From positions 20,318 to 84,317 of the forward strand of contig CAZRKK010000004.1 of assembly GCA_964600695.1 (NCBI GenBank): a stretch of DNA of 64,000 nucleotides, read 5' to 3'. The notes beneath the pieces are model-generated. The model was not told where the DNA came from. It saw only the letters and a list, made by a program, of their open reading frames with translations, and did not search any database. Positions 38,606 to 49,453 of this stretch are shown here, one piece after another (within the stretch, counting starts at the first letter, position 1; the number at the start of each line of letters is the position of its first letter). Origin of the DNA: an uncultured Candidatus Saccharibacteria bacterium (lineage in GTDB: Bacteria; Patescibacteriota; Doudnabacteria; UBA920). The translations under genes and the position numbers were made by a program.

Positions 38606-39511
38606 ATGAAACTCGAAACATTTAAACAATTTTTAGACTACCAACTATTAGATACTGGCGATGGCTACCGACTAGAGCAATGGGGCAACGTTCGCCTGCA
38701 AAGACCAGACCCACAAGTTATTTGGAGCAAGAGCTTACCTAATTCCGAATGGGACAAAGCCAACGCTACGTTCATTGGTACTGGTGAACGTGGTAAGTGG
38801 CAAAAAAATTCTAAGGTTCCAGAAAAATGGGAAGTATATTTTAGACCAGACATAAAACTTATGGCCAAGCTAACTCCTTTTAAGCATACAGGAATTTTTG
38901 CTGAGCAAGCTGGTAACTGGGAATGGATGATGGATTTAGTCTCACCTCTTACCAAACAAGGGCGTTCACTTAAAATCTTAAACCTGTTTGCTTATACAGG
39001 AGGAGCCACCATGGTTCTCACTCGACTCGGGCACAAAGTTACTCATGTAGATGCTAGTAAACCATCCATCGCTTGGGCGAAAGAAAATCAATTTAGTAAT
39101 AAATTTGATCAAGACGCCATCCGCTGGATTTTAGATGATGCGGCAAAGTTTGCTGAACGAGAATTAAAACGAGGTGAAAAATATGACGGTATAATTATGG
39201 ACCCTCCAGCCTTTGGCCACTCCCCGACTGGTAAAACATGGAAGTTTAATCGCGACCTTCCAAAACTTCTCGAAACTTGTGTTGAGTTATTAAGCGAAGA
39301 TGCAAAATTTTTACTTATCAACGGCTATGCCACAAACTCCTCTGCGCTCTCACTCAATAATATCTTAGAAGACAAAATTTCTACTCGATTTACTTCTGAT
39401 AATGCTGGGCAAATTGAATTCGGTGAGCTCTGCCTCGAACATAAAAGCGGAGCAAATAAAAAAACCGATCGAAAAATTTCGACCGGTATATTTGCCCGCT
39501 GGCGAAGTTAA
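38606..39511 (+). CDS. Class I SAM-dependent methyltransferase (RlmI/RlmK-like RNA methyltransferase family)
   Basis: AYTGGATMVLTRLGHKVTHVDAS (motif I) and IIMDPPAFGHSPTG (motif IV, DPPxF-like). Confidence 0.7.
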   Translation: MKLETFKQFLDYQLLDTGDGYRLEQWGNVRLQRPDPQVIWSKSLPNSEWDKANATFIGTGERGKWQKNSKVPEKWEVYFRPDIKLMAKLTPFKHTGIFAEQAGNWEWMMDLVSPLTKQGRSLKILNLFAYTGGATMVLTRLGHKVTHVDASKPSIAWAKENQFSNKFDQDAIRWILDDAAKFAERELKRGEKYDGIIMDPPAFGHSPTGKTWKFNRDLPKLLETCVELLSEDAKFLLINGYATNSSALSLNNILEDKISTRFTSDNAGQIEFGELCLEHKSGANKKTDRKISTGIFARWRS

Positions 39512-39514
39512 CTA

Positions 39515-40006
39515 CTAAGCATGAGCACTATACTTAGACGGCTCTGGGCGAAAGTCATAAGTACTTTCATTCTCGGGGTCGTCTTTAAAATACTTCCACA
39601 ATTCCTGTTTGATTAGAGTTATAGGGCTCCACTCAACACCATTGATAGGCCATCGCTCCAGCTTGTTAAAATCTACGACCTCACTGCAAGCAATATTTAC
39701 TTCACGTCTAGGACGTTTAAAATTAATATTGATTGCGGCAAGTAAAACTTTGGGTTCTGTTTCTGTGGCGGGGTTACTAATTGAAATTTGTTTAATGCCA
39801 TTAATTTCTGATGACTCAACAATTGGAGATTGTCTGCCATGTTTATATGCCGATTTACGGCATTGAGTTTCTGTTTCGCGGATCCAAGAACGAAAAATTG
39901 CTTCTTGCAAATACTTTTGCTGTTCAATTTTGCTTCGATTTAAGTAAATCAGCCCAAGGATTAATCCCGCACAAACAAGCGCTAAAATGATACTTAGTAT
40001 CAACAT
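39515..40006 (-). CDS. Membrane-anchored hypothetical protein
   Basis: N-terminal TM (MLILSIILALVCAGLILGLIYL), 163 aa. Confidence 0.4.
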   Translation of the reverse strand: MLILSIILALVCAGLILGLIYLNRSKIEQQKYLQEAIFRSWIRETETQCRKSAYKHGRQSPIVESSEINGIKQISISNPATETEPKVLLAAININFKRPRREVNIACSEVVDFNKLERWPINGVEWSPITLIKQELWKYFKDDPENESTYDFRPEPSKYSAHA

Positions 40007-40070
40007 TGTGTTCCTCCTTTATTTTTCGAGCGACTTCTTATAATAGCTCCTGTTAAAGAAAATTGTCAAC

Positions 40071-40098
40071 AAAAAAACCAGCGAAAAGCTGGTTTTTT
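40071..40098. terminator. Terminator (aaaaaaccagcgaaaagctggtttttt) after the RND transporter
   Basis: Stem ccagc/gctgg with T-run. Confidence 0.7.
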
Positions 40099-40125
40099 AA
40101 AATTATTTGCAATACTGCAATCAAT

Positions 40126-43100
40126 CTATACTGGCAAGTTCGGTGGTAAATCTGTCGGGTGGTTAAAAGTGACTACATCACCTGGTAATGGCAAACCATC
40201 ATCTCTGGTAAAAGCATCACCGTGGATATGATCTTCACCTTTTGGTTTCTTCACTCTAGTAAACCAGTTGTATAACACAGGTGTTGTAAATAATGACAGG
40301 ATACCTGAACTTAAGATACCGAAGATAACTACCACAGCTAATCCACGCCAGAATGGTGAGAATACCGCTAACGGTAATAACCCAGCAAGAGCAGTAATCT
40401 TAGTTAAGATAATTGGTCGCAAACGAATACCAGAGGCAATCGCAATAGCTTCCTTTTTATCCATACCTTCTGCTACCTTACGGTTGGCGTAATCGATTAA
40501 GAAAATACCAACGTTTTCGGCAATACCAATTACCATCAAGATCCCAATGATTTCCAAGAATCCAAATTGACCACCAGCGAAGAACGCCAATGCAGGAAAC
40601 ACACCTATTAAGATCAAAGGGATAGCAAATAGAATAATAAACGGTTGAATGAAGCTCTTAAAGAAGATTACGAAGATCACATAGCTAACTAAAATAGCTA
40701 GGAAGATTGCAATAAACAACTCTTGGAAAGACTTTTCAAATTCATTAACGCCAGCACGATCATCAAAGGCCCTGCTGCTAACGCCTAATTTGTCGGTATT
40801 AGCTTTAGACCAATCGGTAATTTTTCGTTGAATATTAATCGCATCACGAGCATCTTTAACAGACGCATTGACACTGGCGTACTTTTCACCGTTTAAACTA
40901 CGAATAGAAGAAGGTACGTCGGATTCTTCAATGGTTGCGACTTGGCCGAGTTGTACTGGGCCATTGGTTCCAAACACCACACTTGCTAACAAAGCATCGC
41001 GAGTAGTAGGTTTGGAGTCTGCAGGAACACGCAACACAACATCAGTACCATCTAAACGATACATAGTGCTTTCACCTAGCAAGCCTGCAATTTGTCCATA
41101 GATACTAGCGGCTGACAAACCATTGCCAGAAGCTTGGTCGGAGTTAACCTTCACTGTTAATTCTTTACTTTGAGTTTGGTAATCAGTAGAGACAAAGTCA
41201 ATTTCTGGATATGAACGCAACTCATCAGCGATTCGATTGCTGGCAACAGCCAATTTATTAGAATCAGTTTCGAAGATTTTTACACTAACATCAGCACCAC
41301 CACTTGGTGGACCCGCACCAACTTCTCCAGCTGTAGCCTTATCTCCGAACTTAGCGCGTAATTCTTTTTGAATATCTTCCGAGATCTCTGGACTCTTGCG
41401 ATCACGATCAGCTAACGGACGTAATTCAATGAACACGCTCATACTAGATTGATCCCCACTACCATCAATTGATTGATAGAAGAAAGCTTTAATCTCACCT
41501 GCGTAATTCTTAAGAATATTTTCTACTTCGGTAGATTGTACTAATAAATCACGGTAAGTTTGATTAGTTGGTCGAGGAACAGACAATTGAACAAATTCTG
41601 TATCATCAGGTTGGGCAAACTGAACCTGACGAACTTGATCAGTAGCAAACAAGATAGCCGAAACCACAATAGGGATGACCAACCCAAGCACAACCACAGT
41701 TACTTGTAATAACTTATGTTTAAGAATGTAACGGTTAGCTCTAATAAACCACTGAGCGAACTTCCACAATGTGTGAACATCATCTTCGTCGCGCAACTCA
41801 CTACCAGATTCAGTTTTAATGAATCTTGCTGCTAACCAGGTTAAGAAGATTAATGGAATGAAATAAGAGGCTGTTAGCGCTGGGAATACAGTCCAAGGAA
41901 TATATTTGATGATTTCTCCAAAGGTTCCAGATACAATCCCAAAAGGAATGAACACGATCATGGAAGTCAAAACTGCAACGAACAATCCTAATCCAATCAC
42001 GTCTGTAGAACGTAATACCGCATCTTTGCCTTTAAAACCAATATCTACGTAACGTCTAATAGATTCTAATACTACGATAGCTGGATCGACGATCAATCCT
42101 AATACCAACACGAACGAGAACAGAACTAAGGTATTTAGCTGAATTCCAGCTACGTATAGAACAATGAATGTAGCGAAGAAAGATAAAGGAATGGCCAACA
42201 CCGAAATCAACGCTGTGCGCCAATCAAGGAATAACAACATCCCAATTACCAACAACCACATACCACCAAAAATATAACCTACATAGCCTATTGGATTACC
42301 GTCTTCTCCACCCCACTTACCACCAATAGCACCTTCTACAATTTCATCAACTTGGTGTTGGGATTGATCAGCTTGATTAAAGACAATTGCGTAATCAACT
42401 TTTTCATCACCAGACTTTGCTTCTTTAACTGCTTCTTCAACTTTTTTATTTAAACTTAAAAGATCAGCGTTTTTATCTAAACGCACTTCGTACAAAACAG
42501 CTGGTTGAATTTTAAACTGGTTAACCTCTTTATCTAAGTATCCAACACGATGCACACGGTCACCATAATCAACACCCAAGTAAACCTGTGCGATATCAGC
42601 CAAAGTAACTTGCTGAGGAGCTTGTGGTCCAGTTTGCGGTAAAGTAATTTTTATAGCTCTGACATCTTCTAAAGAAACTACCCCGGACTTCCCTACTACT
42701 GGAATACGCTTACCATCAACTACTGCTTCCCCAAGAGGGAAACCAATGTTGGCAGCTTTAATTTGTTCTAGAATTTGTGGTAATTGATATTGAGGAGGAA
42801 GATCGATGTAGATCTTTTCTTCGATACCGGAGATTTCTGTAAAGCTCTTTACACCTTTAATATCTAATATTTTAGTTCTCAAATTCTCGGCATCCTTACG
42901 AAGAGTTAACAAATCTGTTCCACCAGATACACTTAAAAAGAAAGGTGCACTTCCTAACTCGGGAACAATTATATTTGGCTCTTGTGAACCTGCTGGCAAC
43001 TTCACGCTTAATGCCTTAGTACGAGCATCCTGTACCGCTAAGTTAAGATCTGTGCCTTCTTCATAGTTTAAGACTATAGTAGAAAAGTTTGCCTGAGATG

Positions 43101-43383
43101 AAGAGCTAGTTTCTTTAATACTCTTTAAATCTTTTAAAGCGTCTTCTAATGGACCTGTAACAGTATTCTGAACAGTTTCTGGCCCAGCACCTGGAACAAC
43201 CGTGGTAACAATAGCTACTGGAATATTAACTGCTGGAAACCCCTCAACTCTAAGTTGGAAGAAGCTTCCGATACCCATAATGACCAACATTAAGAACAGC
43301 AAAAGGGTAATTTGCGGATTGTGCAGGAAGTAATTGACGATTCGCCAGTTCCAACCTTTAGATTGAGGATTTTCTGAAGACAT
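40126..43383 (-). CDS. RND-superfamily transporter (AcrB/MMPL-like, 12 TM with two large periplasmic loops)
   Basis: 1085 aa. Alternating TM blocks and large soluble loops as in HAE/MMPL exporters. No adjacent membrane-fusion or outer-membrane partner. Confidence 0.75.
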   Translation of the reverse strand: MSSENPQSKGWNWRIVNYFLHNPQITLLLFLMLVIMGIGSFFQLRVEGFPAVNIPVAIVTTVVPGAGPETVQNTVTGPLEDALKDLKSIKETSSSSQANFSTIVLNYEEGTDLNLAVQDARTKALSVKLPAGSQEPNIIVPELGSAPFFLSVSGGTDLLTLRKDAENLRTKILDIKGVKSFTEISGIEEKIYIDLPPQYQLPQILEQIKAANIGFPLGEAVVDGKRIPVVGKSGVVSLEDVRAIKITLPQTGPQAPQQVTLADIAQVYLGVDYGDRVHRVGYLDKEVNQFKIQPAVLYEVRLDKNADLLSLNKKVEEAVKEAKSGDEKVDYAIVFNQADQSQHQVDEIVEGAIGGKWGGEDGNPIGYVGYIFGGMWLLVIGMLLFLDWRTALISVLAIPLSFFATFIVLYVAGIQLNTLVLFSFVLVLGLIVDPAIVVLESIRRYVDIGFKGKDAVLRSTDVIGLGLFVAVLTSMIVFIPFGIVSGTFGEIIKYIPWTVFPALTASYFIPLIFLTWLAARFIKTESGSELRDEDDVHTLWKFAQWFIRANRYILKHKLLQVTVVVLGLVIPIVVSAILFATDQVRQVQFAQPDDTEFVQLSVPRPTNQTYRDLLVQSTEVENILKNYAGEIKAFFYQSIDGSGDQSSMSVFIELRPLADRDRKSPEISEDIQKELRAKFGDKATAGEVGAGPPSGGADVSVKIFETDSNKLAVASNRIADELRSYPEIDFVSTDYQTQSKELTVKVNSDQASGNGLSAASIYGQIAGLLGESTMYRLDGTDVVLRVPADSKPTTRDALLASVVFGTNGPVQLGQVATIEESDVPSSIRSLNGEKYASVNASVKDARDAINIQRKITDWSKANTDKLGVSSRAFDDRAGVNEFEKSFQELFIAIFLAILVSYVIFVIFFKSFIQPFIILFAIPLILIGVFPALAFFAGGQFGFLEIIGILMVIGIAENVGIFLIDYANRKVAEGMDKKEAIAIASGIRLRPIILTKITALAGLLPLAVFSPFWRGLAVVVIFGILSSGILSLFTTPVLYNWFTRVKKPKGEDHIHGDAFTRDDGLPLPGDVVTFNHPTDLPPNLPV

Positions 43384-43462
43384 AAATTTACTTAATATTA
43401 ATTAAAAAATAGCTTATTATTGTAGCTATTTTTTGGGTATTTGTCAAGGTTTTAAAAATACT

Positions 43463-44011
43463 CTAATCTTCTCGCCGGTCGGATATAAATCTACCGATTA
43501 TTACCAAAAACACTACTGGTAAAGCCAACCAAACAAAATTACTATACTGGTGTAAAAAGATAAATGCGATCAGTGGAGAAAAAGTGTTTTGAACGTAATC
43601 AGGTAAATAATGAACTACTATATTAATGAGAAGCCCTATTTGCAAAAATGCAAACATCAACCCAAAACCAATTGCACTGAACTGGCGACCATCAGCCGAA
43701 CTTTTGAAAGCGTAGCGACCAAGGAAAATAAATAATAAAATAAACAGGATCACAAATGCGGCTAGTTGTTGTAATGTCCCTGTGGCTACCCCAAGCTTGT
43801 CGGAGGCAATTGTAGAAAGGAATGGCATCTGAATTACCAACAACTGAGCCATATACACACTAATCAAAATTGTTAGGATACGGCTTCTTCCGCTAGAAAA
43901 AGCGTAGATAACACTAGCAACTAACCAAAATAGTAAAATAAACAAGTCCCACGATGGCGAATGCCAATTGAAGGTGCGGACTAACATTTGAACTGTAGCG
44001 AAGTATTCCAT
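43463..44011 (-). CDS. Polytopic membrane protein (CvpA-like?)
   Basis: 182 aa, 4-5 TM segments; family call is weak. Confidence 0.35.
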   Translation of the reverse strand: MEYFATVQMLVRTFNWHSPSWDLFILLFWLVASVIYAFSSGRSRILTILISVYMAQLLVIQMPFLSTIASDKLGVATGTLQQLAAFVILFILLFIFLGRYAFKSSADGRQFSAIGFGLMFAFLQIGLLINIVVHYLPDYVQNTFSPLIAFIFLHQYSNFVWLALPVVFLVIIGRFISDRRED

Positions 44012-44040
44012 TTTTCTTTATTATACCATACAGAACTTAA

Positions 44041-44072
44041 AAACCGCGTATCTATGAAGATACGCGGTTTAT
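44041..44072 (-). terminator. Terminator after dnaJ (aaaaccgcgtatc-tatgaa-gatacgcggttt)
   Basis: Perfect 11-bp stem. Confidence 0.7.
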
Positions 44073-44083
44073 TAAACAAATTT

Positions 44084-45250
44084 TTAAAAACTATCTTTGA
44101 TGTTTTCCCAGAAACTTTTGTGAACTTCGGAAGTCTCCCCATTAAGTTGCGCTAACTTCTTAAGTAATTCATTTTCTTCTTTAGATAACTTATGTGGAAT
44201 AATCACACGGACTGTGATAAACAAATCACCCCGCTTAGTAGAATTAATAATCGGAACACCTTTGCCACCTACTCGTAAGATTTTTCCAGCTTGAGTTCCG
44301 GCAGGGATTTTCAATTCTATCTTCCCATCTAAAGTTTCGACTTCAATTTTTGTACCTAAAGCGGCTTGAGTGAAACTAATTGGTAAATCTTTAAATAAGT
44401 CTGTATTTTGTCGCTTAAATTCTTTATGTTGTTTTACTCGAATAGATAGATATAAATCACCCGGCTTAGAACCTCTATAACCAAGCTCCCCTTCTCCTAT
44501 TACACGAACGCGCTGGCCATCATCAATCCCTGCGGGAATCTGAACTTCGATAGTCTTTTGTTGACGCATGATCCCAGTACCTTTACAAGTAGAACAAGGG
44601 TCCTCTGGAACCTGACCAGACCCTTCACATTTTTCACAAATACTACTACTAGCTACATTGCCAAACACAGTACGACGCTGCGTTCGAATTTGACCTTGCC
44701 CATGACAAACCGAACAAGTTACGACTTTTGTCCCAGGTTTAGCACCACTGCCTTCACAGGTTTTACAAGCATCCTTTTTCTCTAGAGTGATGCTTCGCTT
44801 AACCCCAAACACAGCTTCTTCGAAAGTAATTGTCAAAGGCATCTCTAAGTCGATGCCACGGGTGCGACGTTCTTGCCGTTGTCTTTGACCACCAAACAGA
44901 TCGCCAAAGATATCACCAAGATCGAACTCAACTCCACCCTGACCACCGAAACCAGAGAAATCAAATCCTCCAGCACCAAACGGACCACCGGCACCACCAA
45001 AACCACCACCAGGATGACCTTGGCCGTTTCTTTGAGCATCTTCAAAAGTCTGTCCGTACTGGTCGTACTGACTCTTTTTTTCATTATCCGAAAGAACCTG
45101 GTAAGCTTCGTTAACTTCTTTAAACTTTGACTCATTACCAACACCTTTATCGGGATGGTATTTATGAGCTAATTTACGATACGCTTTTTTGATCTCATCG
45201 GCAGAGGCATTTTTTTCAACACCTAATGTTTCGTAGTAATTATTGGCCAT
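44084..45250 (-). CDS. dnaJ: Chaperone DnaJ
   Basis: J-domain with HPD ([12 protein letters not shown]). Gly/Phe-rich region. Four CxxCxGxG zinc-finger repeats. Confidence 0.95.
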   Translation of the reverse strand: MANNYYETLGVEKNASADEIKKAYRKLAHKYHPDKGVGNESKFKEVNEAYQVLSDNEKKSQYDQYGQTFEDAQRNGQGHPGGGFGGAGGPFGAGGFDFSGFGGQGGVEFDLGDIFGDLFGGQRQRQERRTRGIDLEMPLTITFEEAVFGVKRSITLEKKDACKTCEGSGAKPGTKVVTCSVCHGQGQIRTQRRTVFGNVASSSICEKCEGSGQVPEDPCSTCKGTGIMRQQKTIEVQIPAGIDDGQRVRVIGEGELGYRGSKPGDLYLSIRVKQHKEFKRQNTDLFKDLPISFTQAALGTKIEVETLDGKIELKIPAGTQAGKILRVGGKGVPIINSTKRGDLFITVRVIIPHKLSKEENELLKKLAQLNGETSEVHKSFWENIKDSF

Positions 45251-45274
45251 TAGTATATTCTATCAGAAAGTATC

Positions 45275-45619
45275 TTATATTTTATTTTCTGGTTTGTAAT
45301 CAAATCCGATTTGACCATTTGGGCTACTTTGAACAGGTGCATTTGCTGGAGCGCCTGGAGTAACTTCCTTGTTATCAAACTTTTTGATTTGTTCGGTCAA
45401 AACTGCATTCAAACGACGGGCATGTTCGGGATTCAAGATTATTCTTTGAATAAGCTGTCCCATAGGAGAATTTGGAAGAATACTGTAAAAATCTAAAATG
45501 AATTCTTCTGGTGTATTTGTGATAAATACTTGATTTGAGTAACTTCCTGCAATTTTAGCATCATCCATTTTAATTTGAACTTGCTGAGTTTGTTCGGGTT
45601 GTGGATTATTCTCGGCCAT
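45275..45619 (-). CDS. DUF3467-family protein
   Basis: NTPEEFILDF matches the HTPxEFxLDF hallmark of DUF3467. Directly upstream of dnaJ. Confidence 0.5.
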   Translation of the reverse strand: MAENNPQPEQTQQVQIKMDDAKIAGSYSNQVFITNTPEEFILDFYSILPNSPMGQLIQRIILNPEHARRLNAVLTEQIKKFDNKEVTPGAPANAPVQSSPNGQIGFDYKPENKI

Positions 45620-45938
45620 ATATTTTGTAATTTAATAATTTAGGTTTATAATTTAAGTAGGCTTAAGTTTAAGTTCTTATCAGAGGCCAGTCACCCGATA
45701 AGAAATAATAGGCTTCCGTCCTTTTTAGGTGACAATTCCGGCAAACAGGTGGTGATGAGGACCATGTATATCAGACCTTACAATAAATATCTCTCGTTTG
45801 AGGTATTGGGTAACACCGCAACCTAGTTTTTCCATTAAAGTTATACAGGAGGACCTATTATAAGTATTTCGCATTGATTCTTTTGTCGGGGCAACAAACC
45901 CCTATTCTTTATCAAGGCATTATGCAGGAGGTACACGT

Positions 45939-46079
45939 ATGATACTGAAATTTCCAATTAAAGGAGTAGTTAGAGATCTAATCCATCCGCTACTCCCTAA
46001 TATATCCGCGCCTTCTTTAACAGAAGATACGCTCGATCCATTTCTTGGGAGTGCAAAATCCCTACAGATAACCTCTTAG
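45939..46079 (+). CDS. Candidate 46-aa small protein (MILKFPIKGVVRDLIHPLLPNISAPSLTEDTLDPFLGSAKSLQITS), antisense-oriented within the dnaK-dnaJ cluster
   Basis: AGGAGG (45926-45931) 7 nt upstream of the ATG. ORF is followed 10 nt later by a plus-strand hairpin + T7 terminator. Not in the ORF track (below its length cut-off). Confidence 0.25.
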   Translation: MILKFPIKGVVRDLIHPLLPNISAPSLTEDTLDPFLGSAKSLQITS

Positions 46080-46088
46080 TATTACTAA

Positions 46089-46123
46089 GGCACAAGTCGC
46101 CCTGACTCGTGCCTTGTTTTTTT
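46089..46123 (+). terminator. Plus-strand rho-independent terminator (ggcacaagtcgccctgactcgtgcc + ttgttttttt) overlapping the dnaK stop codon
   Basis: 9/10-bp stem. The T-run is on the plus strand only, so it terminates a plus-strand transcript. Confidence 0.55.
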
Positions 46124-48026
46124 ATTCTTTCTTGTCTTCGCCTTCTTTTGGAACTTCTTTATATTCTGCATCAACTGGACCATCTTCGGACGGGATCTCT
46201 TTTTCGGTTGGATCAACTGTTCCTACGTCTCCAGGTTGAGTTGGAGTACCTTGTTCGTACATAGCTGCACCTACTTTTTGGATCGCAGTAGATAAAGCTT
46301 GAATCTTTGCACGAATTGGTTCGATATCGTCGTTGTCTTTAATTTCTTTTAACTCTTTTACCGCGGTTTCGACAGCATCTTTATCTTCTTGTTTAACTTT
46401 ATCACCTGCATCAGCCAAAGTTTTCTCGGAGACTGCAATAAGTGTATCGGCTTCGTTACGAACATCAACAGTTTCGCGACGCTTGCGATCTTCACTAGCA
46501 TGAGCTTCGGCTTCTTGCTTCATGCGTTCTACATCTTCCTTAGAAAGCGCGCTAGAACCCTGAATGGTAATGTGAGCATCTTTACCACTAGCTTTATCTT
46601 TAGCAGTTACTTTGAGGATACCACTAGCATCAATATCGAAAGTTACTTCGACTTGAGGAACACCACGAGGTGCCGGTGGTAGTCCATCTAAAATGAAGGT
46701 GCCAAGAGATTTATTATCGCTGGCAAATTCACGCTCACCTTGTAAAACATGAATCTGTACAGAAGTTTGGTTATCAGCCGCTGTAGAAAACACTTGAGAT
46801 TTAGAAGTTGGAACAGTTGTATTACGGTCAATTAATGGAGTGCGAACACCACCTAAAGTTTCTAGACCAAGAGTTAACGGAGTTACATCAAGTAATAAAA
46901 TTTCTTTACCTTGAACTTCGCCTCCCAAAACACCTGCTTGTACAGCAGCACCTTTAGCAACAGCTTCCATTGGGTCAACACCACGCTCTACTTGCTTACC
47001 TACATAATCTTCTACGAACTTAGCGACGATCGGCATACGGGTTGGTCCACCAATCAAAATAATCTTGTCGATATTTTGTGGAGTTAAACCAGCATCTTTA
47101 ATAGCCTGTTCTACAGGAATACGCATCTTGGCTACGATTGGCTTGATAAGATCTTCCAATTTTGCGCGAGTGAGTTTTAATTCGAGATTTTTTGAACCGC
47201 TGGCATCTTGAGCAATGAAAGGAAGAATGATATCTGTTTCGAGAGTTGTAGAAAGCTCAATTTTAGCTTTTTCGGCGGCTTCACGAACACGATTCATTGC
47301 CATTTTATCTGCAGTAACATCAATCCCTGTATCATTCTTAAATGTAGAAGTAATAAAGTCGATTAAAGCAGCGTCCATATCCTTACCACCAAGAGCTGTA
47401 TCACCAGAAGTAGATTTAACTTCAAAAGTGGCTTGGGTCTTACCGTCTTCTTCGACTTCGGAGAATTCCATGATTGTTACGTCTAGGGTTCCACCACCAA
47501 GGTCGAACACTAAAATCTTTTGATCTTGTGCTCCAGTCTTGTCGATACCATAAGCAAAAGCTGCGGCAGTTGGCTCGTTGATTACGCGAACAACTTCTAA
47601 GCCTGCGATTTCTCCAGCTTGTTTAGTTGCTTGGCGTTGAGCGTCATCAAAATACGCAGGTACGGTGATAACTGCTTTTTCTACTTTGTCGCCTAGATAA
47701 GCTTCTGCATCACGCTTAATCTTTTGCAAAATAAAAGCACTAATCTGTTCTGGAGAATATTCTTTATCATTAATTTTATAACGGAAAGAAGTTCCCATTT
47801 TTCGCTTAGCTTCGAAGACAGTACCTTCTGGGTTTGTTACAGCTTGGCGACGTGCTGGTTCACCTACTAATAGTTGTCCATCTTTTGTAAATGCAACGTA
47901 AGATGGAAAAGCTTTACCACCGATGGAAGTTCCTTCGGCAGCTGGAATAATAACTGGCTTCCCTGCTTCGATAGCAGAGGCAGCACTATTACTTGTTCCT
48001 AAGTCGATTCCTATAATTTTTGACAT
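46122..48026 (-). CDS. dnaK: Chaperone DnaK (Hsp70)
   Basis: [33 protein letters not shown] motifs. Acidic C-terminus. Confidence 0.97.
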   Translation of the reverse strand: MSKIIGIDLGTSNSAASAIEAGKPVIIPAAEGTSIGGKAFPSYVAFTKDGQLLVGEPARRQAVTNPEGTVFEAKRKMGTSFRYKINDKEYSPEQISAFILQKIKRDAEAYLGDKVEKAVITVPAYFDDAQRQATKQAGEIAGLEVVRVINEPTAAAFAYGIDKTGAQDQKILVFDLGGGTLDVTIMEFSEVEEDGKTQATFEVKSTSGDTALGGKDMDAALIDFITSTFKNDTGIDVTADKMAMNRVREAAEKAKIELSTTLETDIILPFIAQDASGSKNLELKLTRAKLEDLIKPIVAKMRIPVEQAIKDAGLTPQNIDKIILIGGPTRMPIVAKFVEDYVGKQVERGVDPMEAVAKGAAVQAGVLGGEVQGKEILLLDVTPLTLGLETLGGVRTPLIDRNTTVPTSKSQVFSTAADNQTSVQIHVLQGEREFASDNKSLGTFILDGLPPAPRGVPQVEVTFDIDASGILKVTAKDKASGKDAHITIQGSSALSKEDVERMKQEAEAHASEDRKRRETVDVRNEADTLIAVSEKTLADAGDKVKQEDKDAVETAVKELKEIKDNDDIEPIRAKIQALSTAIQKVGAAMYEQGTPTQPGDVGTVDPTEKEIPSEDGPVDAEYKEVPKEGEDKKE

Positions 48027-48043
48027 ATGATTAATTTCCTTTC

Positions 48044-48589
48044 TTATTGCTTCTTACTAATTACTACTTGGCTTGGTCGGATGACTTTGCCATTAATTTC
48101 GAACCCTGTTTGAAGATCTTCGACAACCTGACCGTCTTCTGCACCTGTCCCAGAAGCATCTACTTCTCTAACAGCTTCGTGGAAGTTTGGATCAAACTGC
48201 TTTCCTAACGCTTCGATCTTTTTTACTCCCATCTCTTCTAAGGTCTTATCCAGTTTTTGCAGTGTACCTTCTATACCCTTTAGCCAACTTTCGTCTACCC
48301 CAGGTGGAGCATGACGTAAGCCTTGTTCGAGAGTGTCGAGTATTGGCAAAAGTTTTACTATCGTAACTTCTTTGGCAAACTCTAGAATCTCTGCCTGTTT
48401 AGCTTCTTCGCGCTTCTTGTAGTTGGCAAAGTCTGCGGCAGAGCGTTGCCAACCGGCTAAGTTGGTAGCAGCTTCTTCTTTAATCTCTTCGATCTGCCGA
48501 GTTAGACTTCCGTCTGTACTTGGCGCCGCGCCCGAGCTCATCTCGCCAGTCTCTTCATCAAAATCTAAATTGTTATTTTCATCAGACAT
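48044..48589 (-). CDS. grpE: Nucleotide exchange factor GrpE
   Basis: 181 aa. Acidic N-terminus, coiled-coil, GrpE C-terminal beta domain (...[19 protein letters not shown]). Confidence 0.9.
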   Translation of the reverse strand: MSDENNNLDFDEETGEMSSGAAPSTDGSLTRQIEEIKEEAATNLAGWQRSAADFANYKKREEAKQAEILEFAKEVTIVKLLPILDTLEQGLRHAPPGVDESWLKGIEGTLQKLDKTLEEMGVKKIEALGKQFDPNFHEAVREVDASGTGAEDGQVVEDLQTGFEINGKVIRPSQVVISKKQ

Positions 48590-48593
48590 ACAT

Positions 48594-49388
48594 TTATCTA
48601 ATAATTGTAAATAATATTATTGCTGCAGCCGCTCCACCTCCTGCTGCGCCACCACCTTTACCTCCTAAAAATTTGGTGATGTATTCCATTAACGAAATAT
48701 TTTTAGGGTACTTCATACTTTTTGGGCCAATCAAACCGATAACACCTTTTTTGCCAGACGGTAATTTAACACCGGAGACAATCATGGAGTAATCACTTCC
48801 CTTTGATAGAGTTAATTCTTTACCAATGAAAGTCTGAGGTTCTTTGTCCGAATAGTCTGCAATAATTTGATCGGCGTAATCGTCTAGGTCATCAAAGAAT
48901 CGTGCGATTTCTTGAGTATCTTCTGGTAAAAGCTGATCGTTATTTAAAATATTAGATAACCCTACAGAAGAAACTCCTTCTGGTAATATCGCAAATGAAG
49001 CCTGAGACGAATGCATGGCCAACATTTTTACAAGACGGCGACCAATTTCTGTATTTACAGCCTGAAGTTTAATAATCTCTTTACGTAATTCTTGTTGTTC
49101 CTTCATGGATAACTGCACATGATCCATAAGCTGATTCACAAAATATCTAAAGCCTTCGTCGGTAGGCACACGCCCACTAGAGGTATGAGGATGAGTAATT
49201 AAGCCAGCTTCTTCGAGGGCTTGCATTTCGTTTCGTAAAGTTGCACCACTGACCTCAAAGAAACCCTTCTCTATTAATTCCTTAGAAGCAATGGGTTTTC
49301 CTGTCTCGGAATGAATCTTTACAATACAAGCTAAAACTTTGGCTTGTCTGTGAGTGATTTTTGGATTGTTTGTAGGAGTTTTTTTCAT
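48594..49388 (-). CDS. hrcA: Heat-inducible transcription repressor HrcA
   Basis: Winged-helix N-terminus (LTHRQAKVLACIVKIHSETGKPIASKELIEK). Unusual Gly/Ala-rich hydrophobic C-terminal tail. Confidence 0.85.
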   Translation of the reverse strand: MKKTPTNNPKITHRQAKVLACIVKIHSETGKPIASKELIEKGFFEVSGATLRNEMQALEEAGLITHPHTSSGRVPTDEGFRYFVNQLMDHVQLSMKEQQELRKEIIKLQAVNTEIGRRLVKMLAMHSSQASFAILPEGVSSVGLSNILNNDQLLPEDTQEIARFFDDLDDYADQIIADYSDKEPQTFIGKELTLSKGSDYSMIVSGVKLPSGKKGVIGLIGPKSMKYPKNISLMEYITKFLGGKGGGAAGGGAAAAIILFTIIR

Positions 49389-49419
49389 ATAAAGTCTCTA
49401 TAATTAAGATATAAAAAAA

Positions 49420-49446
49420 TTAGCACTCTGTCAAGGGGAGTGCTAA
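49420..49446. promoter_or_regulatory. CIRCE operator TTAGCACTC-N9-GAGTGCTAA upstream of hrcA-grpE-dnaK
   Basis: Exact consensus ttagcactc tgtcaaggg gagtgctaa read from the sequence. Confidence 0.85.
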
Positions 49447-49453
49447 TAAAATT

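Noticed and set aside
45640-46121. RNase P RNA, tmRNA or 6S RNA in the dnaK-dnaJ spacer
   Set aside because: None of the hallmark motifs are present on either strand: P4 AGGAAAGUCCGGGCUCC / ACAGAACCCGGCUUA, the tmRNA 5' GGGGCUG and 3' GGUUCGAAUCC...CCA, or the 6S central-bubble architecture. Kept only as an unassigned ncRNA/small-ORF candidate.
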